A stretch of 64,000 nucleotides of DNA from Lama glama (GCA_028534125.1 CM052841.1:25172001-25236000), one strand, 5' to 3'. Counted from the stretch's first letter, positions 41,060-55,215 are shown. Translations and numbers: made by a program. The notes: generated by a model not told the origin, from the letters alone.

Positions 41060-41340
41060 CAGTGTTTCCCTGAGTGTGTTCCTTAGAATACAATCTGCAG
41101 GGTCTCATTAGATAATACTATTGGAAATTTTTTGTTGTCATAAATTTGGGAAATCCTGGATTGAATACTATTCAATGGTTTCCTTCTTGTAAGAGTTCTC
41201 AAAGCCCTAGATATACCAATATTCCAGAGGGAAGATACCTTTAAGCATTGTTCAAAATTACTTGGCCAACAAAACGATCTTTTTCCTCTAGAGTGTCCCA
41301 TCAAACTACTCTTCTGGTAAATTACTTGAGAAATACAGTT
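41060..41340. mobile_element. Old hAT-Charlie-type MITE (MER112/113-like)
   Basis: Degenerate TIRs cagtgtttccc and ttgagaaatacag, with internal taaatttgggaaatcctgg. Confidence 0.55.
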
Positions 41341-41349
41341 GTAAGTAAT

Positions 41350-41600
41350 TTCATTTATTCCATTCATCAAATATTTATTACGCACCTACAATGTGTCAAG
41401 CCTTGGGTTAGACCCACAGATGCAAGTGTGTACAAGGCAGATATATTCTTTGTCCTCACAGAGCCACGTTGTCTTGATGAAGTCCAGCAACAATAGACAG
41501 ATCAACAGAAAATATGTAACATAAATGTAGGCAAGGAAACAGTGAATGTGTTGACAGGGAGATTAAAGAGGGGGACCTGTTGAGGTGAGATGATCAGGAA
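41350..41600 (-). mobile_element. L2 3' end
   Basis: cattcatcaaatatttattacgcacctacaatgtgtcaagc...ctttgtcctcacagagc. Confidence 0.75.
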
Positions 41601-43303
41601 CACATTCAAATGACCACTTTAGAAATGAGAAAACTATATTAGCTGCAAAATTTTTTAAAGCGCTGCTTAAGTCAAAATACTCCAGCTTTCCATTCGAGTT
41701 TCTTTTAAAAGATTCTGGTACTAACTAAGAGCACAATAATAGACGTCGGGATCACCTTAGCTTGTTATAATTAAACTTTTCTGCAGCCTATCCTCAGTCA
41801 CTGACTGTGGCGTTAGAGGAACTGGATGCTAGACAGTGAAAAGCATAGCTTATGTCTCCCATCTAGGAAAATGACTCAGATGGTCAGCATTTGTGGCTCA
41901 CTGAGCAGTCAGCGCAGGTGGCACAAGTGAGGCCCTGCATCAGCGCTGAGAACTTAAAAACCAGTGAGATCTGAACTTGCCCTCCTGAAGATTACATTCC
42001 AGTGAGAGACACATGGAGACATGTTCTTTCTGTATAGTAGGAGAAATGCTGTCATACAATTGCACAAAGGGTGATGCTTCTGGAACACGGTATCTGTGAG
42101 TTCCTTTGTGAATGATAGAGATTCTTAAGGAGTGAAGTCTTCGGTTCCATTATTTGAAAGCAATGGAGAGATCAGTGAAGTTTTTTATTGTTCTTGATTA
42201 TATTGCAATTCTTGGTCATATGTGGCAAAGTAGTTTTATTTGTAGTCTCCTGAAAATTCTTAACTGGGACAAAAAAATAAAAGTGTTTGGCACAGCTCTG
42301 GCCAACTATGTAAGGAATTAGGACCGTATGACAGGTGCTTTAATGAGCAATTAAGGCTGTACAGAGCACAGCACAGCTTCCCTGTAGAAATACTATAACT
42401 CCCTTGTAATTGCCTTTTTGATTAATTGACCAACAGACAGAAACCTTCTAAGCTTCTCATTCCTTTTCTCTTACTAAATTTTGTGGATTCTTGATAAAAA
42501 TTATTTTAGAATAAAAGCATTTAGCTCAGGTTTTCTGCTTCCTAAATATATGGTGCTAAAATATCATGACACAGCTCACCGTGGCCCTTTTTTGGTTTTT
42601 GCTCTTCGTTTCCACCTCTAAAGTGCAAAGGAACACTTATGTATCCCTTGTGCAATGACTGCTTCCTCTACTAGTTCTCTCTTGTCTTTCCTTTTCGAAT
42701 TCAGTTGAGTTTATCTTTGATATCCATGGGCAATATTTTCCCATTTGCATCTTGGCTCTCTGAGCTCTAAAGATTTATTTTCAGGGTAACTTCTCACAGG
42801 GCTTTGGATAAGCCTAATGTAAAAACTTTTCATGGTGGATACTGGGCAAGTAACTGTCTTAGAGTAGTGTTTGGATTGGATGTCAGAAGATATGGCCTTC
42901 TTTTAAGCAATGCTATGAATTGCGTTGTGAATTAGCTTAGGTTACATTCCCCTTGTTTTTCCATTTCCCCATCTTCATAGCTAACTTGAAAAGCAAACAT
43001 GGGCCCTCAAATGTGAAGGGGCGACTATTTCAGTAGAAGGCATTGTAATACATACCTGCAATCCATGGCAGTCTGTTGTCACTGACAACAGAACAACAGT
43101 GTCTTTAGAAATAGTTTTCTTCATGGGAACTGAATATTCTTGCAGGTGAAATCCTCTTTCAGTGATGATTACAGCTAGTTCTTTCTAGGTCATGTGGATG
43201 CTTGGATGATGGTGCAAAAAAGATCCAAATGAGGGAAAGTATGCTGAGACCCAAACCAGAGGGAATTAAAATCAGACTTGAACTTCTGATATTTGGTTCT
43301 TTT

Positions 43304-43516
43304 CAGAGCTTATTAACCTGGGGTCCATGAACCATAAGGGAGTATGTGGATGAATGGGTTTTAGGAAGTTGATGAAATCCCAGAAGTTATGCAGAATGTA
43401 TTTTTCTATGGAGAAGCTCCATAGATTTCACTGACTTTTTGCAATTAAGATTTCCTGATGACCAAAAAAACAAAAACAAAAACAAAAACCCACAAAGAGA
43501 TACAAGGGAACCCTCT
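43304..43516. mobile_element. Old hAT-Charlie-type MITE, right end interrupted by L1
   Basis: cagagcttattaacctggggtccatgaacc...tttctatggagaagctccatagatttca...tgaccaaaaaaa...gaaccctct. Confidence 0.55.
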
Positions 43517-43743
43517 AGNNNNNNNNNNNNNNNNNNNNNNNNNNNNNNNNNNNNNNNNNNNNNNNNNNNNNNNNNNNNNNNNNNNNNNNNNNNNNNNNNN
43601 NNNNNNNNNNNNNNNNNNNNNNNNNNNNNNNNNNNNNNNNNNNNNNNNNNNNNNNNNNNNNNNNNNNNNNAACTGAAAAATTGTGCTCTACACTGGAATT
43701 TGACACAACATTGTAAAATGATTATAAGTCAATAAAAAAAAAA
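43517..43743 (+). mobile_element. Young 5'-truncated L1 (camelid-like 3' end) with poly-A and target-site duplication; interior is a gap
   Basis: aactgaaaaattgtgctctacactggaatttgacacaacattgtaaaatgattataagtcaataaaaaaaaaaaa. aaccctct is duplicated at 43509-43516 and 43744-43751. Confidence 0.85.
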
Positions 43744-44224
43744 AACCCTCTGAGCCAAAAGAAATGTAGGACGCCTAATGACTGTTTCACATAGCTTTAG
43801 TTACAATACCCAGAAAGACTTTGCCCAACTAAGAAGAATCTATATTTTTCATGTTTTGGAGGATTCCTCCTGCTTATCCAACATGTACTGTGTCTGATAT
43901 TTTGCTAAGCACTTGGGTGTACAAAAATGGCTCCTTTCTCTTGAGGCAATCAGAGATGTTAAAGCTAGATTTTGACAGGGATGGACTGATTGTATAGATA
44001 GTAAAGTGAAGTGTGGAGAGAAGGATACAATAAATTAATGGAGGAGTTTGAAGCATTTATACCAGTTAGGACAGTATGCTCTTTTACAAGATTTAATGGA
44101 GGCCTGGGCAAGGATAGGGCAGTTGAGATGAAAATGAGTGGTCAGGATGGATTGGATCCTGGGTGAAGGGTAGAGTCAAGATGGCACCAGAGTTCCTAGC
44201 TTCCAGGATTGGCTTAGCAGCCCA

Positions 44225-44421
44225 CAGGTGAAATTTCTTCATCCTCAGAGAAACCTCAGTTTTGCTCTTAAGGACTTTTGGCCAATTGGAGTAAAAATCA
44301 GCTGATTGCAAATGTTAATCACATCTAAAAATTACTTTCAGAGCAATACCTAGATTATTGTTTTATTGCATAACTGGAGACTAGAGGCTTGCCAAGCAGG
44401 CACATAAAATTGACTATCACA
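44225..44421 (-). mobile_element. MLT2C/D-type ERVL LTR fragment
   Basis: Reverse complement begins tgtgatagtcaattttatgtg...aatctaggtattgctctgaaagtaatttttagatgtgattaacatt..caatcag. Confidence 0.8.
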
Positions 44422-45442
44422 CTTACAAACTAAAGTCCATTATTTAAAAATTTAACTAAGGTTACTTTATTTGAAGGTGACACCAGCCACACAATAGGGG
44501 GGCATGTTAAACATGAAAATATATTTTATATTAGTGAAAAGTGATTTATTCACTAGGAAAACATGAGGAAATTAACTATTAGATATTCCTGGTCCTGCTC
44601 CCTTTCCTTATACCAATGATGGTTCAAACCAGATTTGTTCATGCCAATTTATAGATACTATGCTAAGAGAGCACAAGAGGATTATACTTGAAGCTAGTAA
44701 GTACTTTTTTAAACATGTATTTTGCATTATGTATCAGAGAATTTACAGAATCATACAAGTTTATCATGTTAACTTTTAGTCATTTTGTCTTAAGTTTATG
44801 TCATATAATGTTTGTTAATACAGTGTGTTTATAGCATATTAAGTGAAATAATGACAGTAAAACACTTAACATGGTGCCTGATACATTAAACATGGTCAGT
44901 AAAGGTTGGCTGTTGCTACTAGAATTACATCATGTTGTCTATGAAGGGTTTCTAAGAGAGAAGACAAGTGGTTGTTGAAATTCTACTAAGCTGGTTTTCT
45001 CTACTCCAGACTCCTCTATTAATTTATTTTACCCTCAAAAAGAATTTAACTATTTAAAAACAATGAATAGAAACTGAGATCATGACATAATTGTGAATTG
45101 TTTATATATCCATTTTGTTTTTTCTTCATACTAGAAATACATTTGTGGTCATGTTTATGTGTTTGAAAATCTCAGCCAGACAGACTTACTGGAGAGAAGC
45201 CATCTCTGTGGGTTGAAAATCTCTGTCATTTGTCAGTTTTCCTATAGATACTTTTATGTGAATGGGAGATGGATGGGTATAGATTTCATGCAGAAGAGTT
45301 TTACTTTTATACTCATTTTAGACCTTGTTTCCTGACTTTGCCTCTTCTAAATTGACAGAAAACTTCTTACTTATTTCCTTATTATTATAATTATTTGCTT
45401 TTTTATTTCCTTTTGTTTGGTTTTCTGCTCATTTCTTCTGCA

Positions 45443-45660
45443 TATGGACTTGTGAGTCAAGGACCTGGATCCAGATCCTTACATCACCAGTTTTAATGAC
45501 ATAACCTCAGATGAGCTACTTAACATCTCTGTCTCTGAACTTCATGCTCTCATTTGTGAAATCTAGATAGTAACAGCAATCCTGTAGGTGTGTGGTAGCT
45601 ACTAGTGAGGAGACACATGCACAGTGCTTGCTGCATTCCTGCACTAGACAGAGCTCAATC
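45443..45660 (+). mobile_element. MIR SINE
   Basis: gagtcaaggacctggatcc...tacttaacatctctgtctct...ctcatttgtgaaat...cagtgcttg...gagctcaat. Confidence 0.72.
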
Positions 45661-48365
45661 CTCGGAACAGGTAGCTGCGGCCACAGGGGTGGGAGTTATT
45701 ATTAGAAGGTGTTACAGTAAAGAGAAGAATGCCTTGGTTTCCTTTCATCTCTGCAGAGGAAATTGGCTTTAATTAGTGAGGTACAGAGGTAAAAGTCAGA
45801 TAATAGCAAGAATTTTCTAAGGGGGGAAGATATTTTTCCTGCCTCAGCTGGTTTATGTGGGTTCTTGCTTGAGAAGTTAGGATCTTTGAGCCTTTTACAA
45901 GTGCCATTTGAATTGTTCATCAAGTGGAATCCAGTCTCTGAGATTCAAATGTTTTTTTAATAGTGATGGTGGTAACAGTGATAATAAAGAAAAGGTCTAA
46001 TTTTGCCCACAATTAATGCTTTAATATTTCAGAGCCATTTTGTATACTGTATATTATCTTGTTTTTTTGGCCTTTAGAATCAGGATGAATTTTTTATTAC
46101 TACTTCTACTCTCTCTAGTTTGTTTCTGAGAAATGAGAAAGTTACAAGTGGAAAGGGAGCCAAGTATGATGCCGAAAAGTGGTGTGCTGTTTTCCTACAA
46201 GACTTACAGAACATGCGCCAGAATTAGTTAATACTGCCTAATGCAAAGCCGTCCGCTAAGACTTGACATACTGTTTGCAATCTTGGCATTCCACAGAATG
46301 TTTTGGCAAAAGATTATTCTCCCACTCGGCAATCTAGAGCCCCTCTTCATAAACTCTAGCAAAGTGTCATGTGACATCTTAAATACTCACTGTTTCTGCT
46401 GTTTGTTGAATCCGGATTAACTCTTAAGTAATATGAGAGGACTACAGATAGTCACTGCCCCAATAAGGCTGTTCTTTTCACTGGAATAGAAAGGTGTTTT
46501 CCCAAGTGGCTTTCTGGGATCAGTGCTTGCTGTGTTGCCACTCCACAGGGCCATCTGTGGGCACAGCTGTAGTCCGTCAGAATTATAAGTGTCCTTAATT
46601 GAAACTTCATCCTCCCTGCAGCCCAGTATGGGGAGTCACATTCAGAGAGTCCCAGGAGATATTCATAAAGTCTCTTCATGAAATTTTAAGCTTTCAGACT
46701 TTTAAGACAATCTCTTTTATTTTGTTATTTAGTAAATCGAATATGTCCAAACGTTCTTTATGTTATTAAGTGAAAAACCTGCCTTCCTGAAACACCAACA
46801 TGGGCTCGAGTTCTGTCTTCTAAGGATGCTTCTTTGTTTCCGTTAATGACCTTACTGATGTATGTAGAAATTCTTCATTAATATCCCTGGCATCCTACAG
46901 TTCTTACTTCTTACCTTTCTTACCCAGCTTCCAGATATTTTAGCATATGGATTGCATGTCTCTCTATTCTCTCCATCTCGTTCATACCATAGAATACAGT
47001 CTCAGCTAGGGTCACATGAGACCTGCAGTGTCATTTGTTGGCTATTGAGGCAGCACTGAGCTGAAACGATTGACAAGGGGACTGATGCTAAAGGGTCTTA
47101 TATATCCTACTAAGATGTTTAAAGATAGACCATGGTCAGATCTCTGATTTAGAAAGATAATTATGGTAGTAATGGGGGCATGAATTAGGGATTTAGGGTG
47201 AAGGGATACAATATGCAATTAGGTTGGCATATTTCCATTAATCAGTGTTGTTTAGATACAGTGGCTCATCTAACTGTGACTACATCCAGCGGGGCTATCA
47301 ATTCCAGGTATCTCAGTCTTCTCCATAATGCTATCATAAGAGATTTCGCTGAACAAGTTGTCGAATTCTAGGCTTATTATATCTGTGGCTTTCACCTAAT
47401 GGTTTCTGAACAGGAAGTGAGGATTCGCTGGTTGTTTCCAATAACCCTATCCTAGCTCCTGTTGACTTCCTTTCTTCGGACCTGCTCACCAACTTATATT
47501 ATTCCTAGGATCTTTCTAAGCATGAAGTTTAAGCATTCTGGTTATCAGTTGCATCTCTAGGCTTTATCATTTTTGGCCTTGTTGAAATCAGAGGTATGGG
47601 TTTCTGTTTATTTTTCTGTGCCTTATCCCTTTGTACTTTCTCAAAGCATACTTTTACAGTCAGGCTTACAAGTGGTTTTGGTAGCAGAGGTCGTATAACC
47701 TTAGAATCGTGAATTCCCTGACTAGCCAGGTGGGCTCTCTTCCTATCTTCTCTCCTATGCTAGGCTTTGCTCCCCTCTCTCACCCGACTTCCAGCAATCG
47801 TTTTTCTAACAATTCCCATTTGGGACTCTCACCTATGAGAAATACAGGAGCCACATAGTAGCAGAGTTGTGATATAGTTGATCACAGTGTCTTGACACTT
47901 CTGCGTATCTTTCCATGTGTTTTTCTATCATATATAAGCATATTATGGGGCCCTTCTGTTTTGATTCTTTATACTCAGTAGTATATAGTAGAAAATCACT
48001 GCTGTAAGGAGCTTTTATCACTTTTATTGTCAAGACCATCACTGGTCTCTGAAAAAGGAGACTCAACAGGGAAGGCATAGGTAAAGAAGTGACAGAACAC
48101 AAAAGACAAGAAGCTCTGTTCCACAGTAGTGCTTTGGGCTAGCCTAGCACACAAGCACTAGGTGTAGGGATTTGTTAATATTTATCCATTGTGGACCTTG
48201 AATAGAAACTGTATTTTGAGGTGATAGTCAAAGGATTCCTCATTTGTACGTAAGCCAGTACAGAAATCAGATTTCATTTCTTTGTGCTCAAAATAGCAAT
48301 CAAGGATGATCCATTCCCCTACTCCTTTTTTTTTTTTTAAATCTTGTTCTTTTGTATGAAAAAAT

Positions 48366-48590
48366 ATGTCAAGAACAAACTATGTCTCCTGGGTCAGAGA
48401 CAAAGGACAGTTTATTGCTCATCACAGTAGCAATCACAGAGTATCATCTTTTTCCTGTGCAAGTTTCTTAAAGTCCCAGTTCCCACAAGATGACACGAAG
48501 AGGGCCAGGTGACACTTGAACACTCAATGGATTGTGTCACAAGAGGGACGTTGTGAGCTTAGGGACCCCAAAGCTTTTATACAGATTCCC
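48366..48590 (-). mobile_element. ERVL-class LTR fragment (LTR40-like)
   Basis: tgggtcagagacaaaggacagtttattgctc motif. AATAAA (tttatt, about 48411) and TATAAAA (ttttata, about 48575) lie in LTR order on the minus strand. Confidence 0.55.
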
Positions 48591-51500
48591 TCTGCTGTCC
48601 AAAAGTAGAATGTTCCTGTGGAACCTTTCATAAGCAGAAATTGCATAAAGCAAAGAAGCAGCTACTTTAGGACACATCTTGCTAACAAATGTACAAAATA
48701 AATCAAGATAAAGCAGAGATGCTCACAGACACAGTTAAATGTTGTGGTGGCTTGATGCTGAGATGCTGAGTGTAGTGAAGTTTCTGGGGTAGGAGCTTGG
48801 TGGTGCCACTCTTGCTGCTCAGGGTTCACACCCCTATAACACCTCATTGCTGAACAGTATTTTTGCTTTTTGCCTTTTTCCATAAAAGCAAAAATCCTCC
48901 TCAAATTTCTTTTGGTTAGCAAAAACAAGTACGAATGTAGATCTTTCGTAAAAGCAAAGTGGCAGAAAGTGAACTTTCGAAAAGCAGAGGATGCCTGTGA
49001 TGGGTGAAAGTAGGCTAAGGAGGAAGGTACTCTCCTAGTCAGTTTTCCAAAGCTGTTTGGTGGAGAAACACCCTTAGAAAAGATAGTCCAAAAAGGCAGT
49101 CAGTGCCTCTGCTCTTGAGACATGGAGAAACTTGAGAGACCCATGGAGAATTGCCTCTCAGCAGTAGGTTCCTGTTGCTCCCTCTTGATTGAAAATGTAC
49201 AAGAATAGCCAAACAGTAACCCCAGCCTGTCCTGGGATGGCCTTAAATCTTTAGTATTGTTCCGAAATAAGTGATTTCCAAAAGAAAAGACTGAAACCAG
49301 GAAAGAAGGAATATGTATATTTGAGACATGATTGTATACCTTGTAGATCTGTATGTAACTGACCATTTCCATCCATGTTTGTTTCAGATGCTACAGTCTA
49401 GTCCATGGGTAATTCACCGATTATCTCATGGTTTGATTTGGGAGTTACTCAGCCATACCTAAAATTATCCATACCACTGGCCTGTTACAATGCTTGGAAT
49501 CACCACAATTACAATCGTTCTTTCCTGTTATTGTCTCTAGAAGATGCCTGTATAATTTTGTTCTGTTATATAGTAAAGGCATTGCAACAGTCCCTTCATT
49601 GCCATTAATGAAGGCATGACTTCAAATACAAGTTTTCAAGTAGCATCTATGTCTGGATATTATGAGAGGAAGGTGGTTTTAGTGAAAGTATGGGATCAGA
49701 AAAAATGAGAAATGATTAATATACTTGGATCTGGGGGATATATTTTTAATAGGAACTTCGGCAGATAAAGGAATAGTTTGAAACGAGTGGATACTTCAGA
49801 GAAAAACCAGGCATTGGGGAGCTTTGGGGAAAAAATGGTTGGAGTGGTGCTTTAGAAGTCACACCACAGTTTATCCTGTAGCCTATACAACTATTGGACT
49901 TAAAGAATAGATCTTAGAATAGAGTTTTATGATTCCATCTCCTTAGTTTTCCTTGGCTTCTTAAAGGAATGTAGGCAGTACATTCTAAAATGAATGTCAG
50001 GGGAGTGTTTTTAAAGGAACAACTCAAATGCAGTTGTGTTTGCTCACTTGTCTGTCAACGTCACCCTTCCTTTTCAACGCCCAACTCGGCATCAGTTGTG
50101 TGCACTGTACGTGCAGACATCTTGAGCCCTGACAGCACATGCTATTCGTGGCTATCACCCCTTTGGCCACACTCCTATGCAGATGCATCAGTGACTTGGA
50201 TACAAAGCAGTGATATTTACATTCACATGGTTAAGTTAACTTGTGGTGGTGAAAGCCTCAGTTTTTCATTTCCTGGCTGATGTTTGCAATGTGGAATTGC
50301 AACACTGCATTTACGTGCATTTTGTCTTTAAAGTGTTCTGTGGTGTTGCAACATTTGAGAAATTCCCAGGGACTCTTAATCTTCCTACAAACACTGGTTT
50401 GTAAGCTAAGGGCCAACTCACTATCTCAAGCAATCTCTTTGTGACTCTGCTGCATAATTCTGATTTTGCATTTGTGTATCTTTAGACTGTCCCTGTGCTG
50501 TCTTTTAGTTCGTTTCACTCTTGAGGATACCAATAAAAGAACGAAGAAAAAAGATTTTTTTTTAAAGTTTTAGTTTCTTCTTTCAAGAGCAGTTGAACTT
50601 AAAGCTACCATCCCTATTGTTTTCTATGAAGTTGCATTTAAAATATTTTATTAATGCAAAGAGGTGCATTCACAACTAAGGACCAGTGAACAGTAGCCAT
50701 GGCAACCAGGAAACCATTCAGGAGGAGAAAAAAATGCAGTAAAGAGTAAGTGTTTTAATCCTTAACTTTAATCCCCTTACTTCCTGTTCTCAAAATGAAA
50801 TATAAATCAGGCACCATGGAGTGCTGCAATTTTTNNNNNNNNNNNNNNNNNNNNNNNNNNNNNNNNNNNNNNNNNNNNNNNNNNNNNNNNNNNNNNNNNN
50901 NNNNNNNNNNNNNNNNNNNNNNNNNNNNNNNNNNNNNNNNNNNNNNNNNNNNNNNNNNNNNNNNNNNNNNNNNNNNNNNNNNAACTGATTAGAGAGTTGG
51001 CGCAGAGGGACACCCCTGTTTGCTGTTATTGTTACATCATTTCAGCCTGTGGTAATGACATGAGAAACCAAGGAATTTGCTTGGTTCCCCCAGTGGGGAG
51101 GTAGAAGACTGGGTGGCGGGGGGAGGTGTCTTGCAGTGGAATAGAGATATTCTTTTGATCTTCAAAATACCAGGGAAAAATTAAGTCGCCTGCATTTCAC
51201 ATACCACCTTTTCTTGATATTTCATTACTATGGGAATTTTACAAAGACGTGTACTTTCCATTGTCAACAGACTCTTGGGTTTCTGGTGAAGTCTATTGTC
51301 CATGGACTTTACTTTCTGTGGACAGTAAAACAGAATTCTCAAAAGGATAGATTATTATTATTTCTTAGTGGCTCTACTTTTTGTTTGTAAGATATTCTTT
51401 TACATGGAATACTGCTGGCTTGTTAATTTCTGATTAAAAATAAAATACCTTTTTTTTTTTTTAAATTTTAAGTCAGACCTAAAGTATGCCTCATGCACTG

Positions 51501-51600
51501 GCTTAAAATGTTGGATGTTTGACTCTACAATACATCTAATTTCCTTCTATTTTGGAGGATTTGGGGGGATGAAAGGGGACATGTCTTTTGATAGCACTAT

Positions 51601-51604
51601 TCTT

Positions 51605-51682
<78 letters not shown>
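51601..51682. repeat. Compound (CTGT)n/(CT)n/(TA)n microsatellite
   Basis: Directly visible. Confidence 0.95.
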
Positions 51683-51683
<1 letters not shown>

Positions 51684-53229
51684 CTTTATTTCTAGTGGAC
51701 TAAAAGTTACAAGTACACAGAGCTCTTTGCAGAGATTTGAAGTAGCTACAATTTGTACTAGCTTTGTGCATTATCAGAATGTGAAATTACTTCCAATAAT
51801 GTCATCTTCCCAAGGGGCTGCTAATAATAATGACAAACAAACAACAGGAGGCCTAGAGCATTTGAAAGTGGAGTTAGACACAGTGCATCGCTGAGTTTGG
51901 AGTTCCTTGTTGACCTTGAGAACAAAATTATATGTGTTAAGTCCTGCAGATGGCAGAACATCTGGGGAAGGAAAATAGCATTGTTTTCTCCAGCTTAGAG
52001 GACAACGTGCAGCACTGGTAACACCTGTTCCTGCTTCTTCATCTTGACCTAGTCTCTTTTCTCCCCATTCTGTCAGAACCAGCAAGGCTAACGTAGCCTA
52101 GGACAGAGTTTATGAGATGTAATCCCTGCACCACGAGTGGCTGCGGGCAGCCATCCTCATGCGTCTCATCTTTCCTTAGATTTTTGGCTTTCTAATCTAG
52201 ATTTCTGGGGTGCAGTTAATTTTTTTTTTTTTTGAGGGAGGGATTGGAGTTCATTGTAAGGGGTGGATGATAAGAAAGACAAAGTAATGTCAGTGTTCAA
52301 AGGAGAAATAGTAGATTCTGAACATGAAACTGACTTTGGCAGAAGCTGCAGAACATGGGGAGTCTCTGGAGGAGTCCAGTGTCTGTCTCAGGCCTTACCC
52401 TAAAGAACTTCTCTAAGCTAGGCTTCCTTTCTAATGACCGAAGAGAAGAGCTTTGTCCCACCAAAGCATTAAAAGGTCGTGTGATTCTCGCAGCACTCTA
52501 ACACTTAGAGTCCTCAGATAAGAGCAGGGAAATCCCTATCAGTAAAATGCTTCTGTGCATTGACTAATGCCACACCACAGGCAAGCTCATATGTTGGGTG
52601 GCATTACCTCAGGGGGAAAAAGACCTTGGAGCAATATTAAAGGCTGTATGTGGAGCAGTGACCAGAAAGAGCAGGACAATGGCTGGTCACTTATTCAGCC
52701 AGGGGCCGGAAGATGGAGGGTCTTGTCTTGGCTGTATAGGTTGTCAAAAAGGGTACTAGAGTGTGTCCTTTCGGTCCACTTGGCTCGAAATATCTGTGTT
52801 CTGCTTATCAAATATATGCTAGACATTGACTCTTTAAAAGCAAGGTAGAAAATTAGATTTGTTCCCAGCCATTCCAGATGAATGAGAGATAGGAAGTATA
52901 AATGTAATGAGTGAGCATTTACGACTGGCAAGATTGCTCATTTGCACATTCCAATAGGCAATACATAAATGTAGATACTGTTATCTAGTGAATTTTGGCA
53001 TGAATGGAGATGGAGTATTATAAGGAAATAAACTTCCCAAGTGTCTTTTTAAAAAAGTATGTTAGGATTTCACTTGTCTAGTTCCTATTTTGTTCTTAGT
53101 TGATAATTTTGGCATGCTAAACTGCCTCACTCTTTTTACCCCTTCTACTGCATTGAAGACATGATTTTTATCTGTCTTAGTGGCTGTCCTAAAGGATAAG
53201 CATCAGGTAATGAGTCCTTAGCAGCTATT

Positions 53230-53875
53230 GATTCATTTGTTATTCATTCATTTGTTCACACATTTCTCTAAACACTTATAGAGTACCATTTGTATGAAAA
53301 GAAGCATTGTTTTAGCTTAGATGATTAAACAGACATGGTTTCAGTTTACAAGGAGCATTTTGTCTTTCTGTGACACACACACACATAAAATTTATAAATA
53401 TTATAGAATGTAGAAAACCTTGATACCATCAGAATGATGCAGAGAAATTGCTGTTGGAATGTCTAGAAAGGGAGAAATTACTTTGGAATGGTTAAGACGT
53501 GGGAAAACCTCAAGCAAGAGGTGACATTGAATTGGATCTTGAAGAATATGCAGAAGGTGTTGTAGATATGCATAGTCTGGAGTAAAGGGGACCCCAGATG
53601 AAGGCAGTTTGTGGCCAGAAGTACCACATGAGACTTGAATGAGAATGAACAAGGATTATAGAGGAGGGCATCTTGGCTGTGTGTGACATGGAGGCACAGG
53701 ACATGAAACCACACGGCTAGATGAGAGCCAGCCTGTTGAAGCCTGTGGGTTTGGGCTGTAGATAATGCTTGGTAGAGAATCACTAAAGACCTTTGACAGA
53801 AGGAGTGTCATTGTCAGCAGGGTATTTGGGAAAAGTTAAACTGACTGTTGAGTATGGGATGGATGGGAGAGCAGA
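53230..53875 (-). mobile_element. L2 fragment
   Basis: attcattcatttgttc...agacatggtttc..tacaaggagc...gaggtgacattgaattggatcttgaagaat...gtagagaatcactaaagacctttga. Confidence 0.75.
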
Positions 53876-55004
53876 AAGCAAGTACTCTCTGTGGAAGTGA
53901 CAGCCTTTAACTTTTCGAAGTAGTCATTTAAACATTGTCCAAACACTCATGTACATGAAAATCAGCCTTAAATCTTTTCCAGACAATCCATTTTAGTTAA
54001 ATGAAAGGAAAGAAAAAAATAGCTTCTGCAGTTAGTCTCTCCCCATGCTTCCTAAACTATATCATAGGCAAGGACTGTAGTCCGAAATCAATTCAAAGGG
54101 GGACAATAAGGAGCTGGCAAGATGGACGGGGGAAGTAATTACTGGATAGCTGGCTGCTATAATTAAACCTTGAGAATTCTTGAAAGAAAAATGCTACACT
54201 TGACTGGATGGGATGGAATGTGTGTGGTCACATTAGTGCAATGAGCCAGTGTGAGGAGGAATTTACGAAGCTGTGAGAGAAGCAAACCCTTCGTCTTGCT
54301 AGAGTCTTACAGCCTCATAACCAGGCCCCCAAAGGGTGAAGGAGGATGTTTTTCATGGCCCTGTGAAATTCCATGTTAATATTTCTGTATCTGTCTAAAA
54401 AAAGAATTCACCCTTCAATTTAATGTTCTGTTTTTCAGATGTTCCTCTGAATGAAGTTGGAATCTACCTTTGACTATATCCATTTGCTTACCATTTTCCA
54501 GTCAGAAAAAAAAATGTAGGATTCTTGGTGTCAGTTTTAGAATAATATTGACTTAGGAGGAAAATGGTGTTTTTACAAATGTAAACAATGCAGAAAATCC
54601 AATCTGCATGCCTTTCTGATTTCAACATACTTTTGAACCTCAATTCCCCAACTCTGTACAGAATAGCTAGATAGTGGTACATATTTTGGTAAATAGAACA
54701 GCTAAATAAGTATTAACATCCCCTAAAGTGTTCTGAAAATGTTCTGTTTTGGGTTTTGATTTCTTATATATTTTGGATTTAGAAAAGTCCAATTGGAAAA
54801 TTGAGTAAAAGTTAGTACATTCTTCTGAGATAGAATAATTTTCAGAGTGATATTCATCTGTGAAAACTGTGCTGATGTCTTGATTACAGTGCTCTTTGGC
54901 CCCAGACTCTGTCTATGAGGCTAAGCAAGATCACAGGGGGTTCTCACAAGTATTATTCCTAACAATTTTAATAGCTTCTCCTTCTTAAGCAAAAAAGAAA
55001 AAAA

Positions 55005-55215
55005 ATTAACTATGTACTATGCTAGCCACTTTCCATGGTCACCTGATACAGTCCTGTAATAACATCACAGAGTAATGTCACACCCATTCTACAGAGGATG
55101 ATACTGGAGCCTTTAAAGGTGAAGTATCTTGCCGAAGGCCACATGTTAGTAGGTAGCAGAGCAAAAATTTGAACTTGTATCTGCTTGACCCCAAAGTCTC
55201 CGTTCCTTTTCCTTT
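55005..55215 (-). mobile_element. MIR SINE
   Basis: cccattctacagaggatgatactgg...aggtgaagtatcttgccgaaggccacat..tagtaggtagcagagc...tttgaac. Confidence 0.78.
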
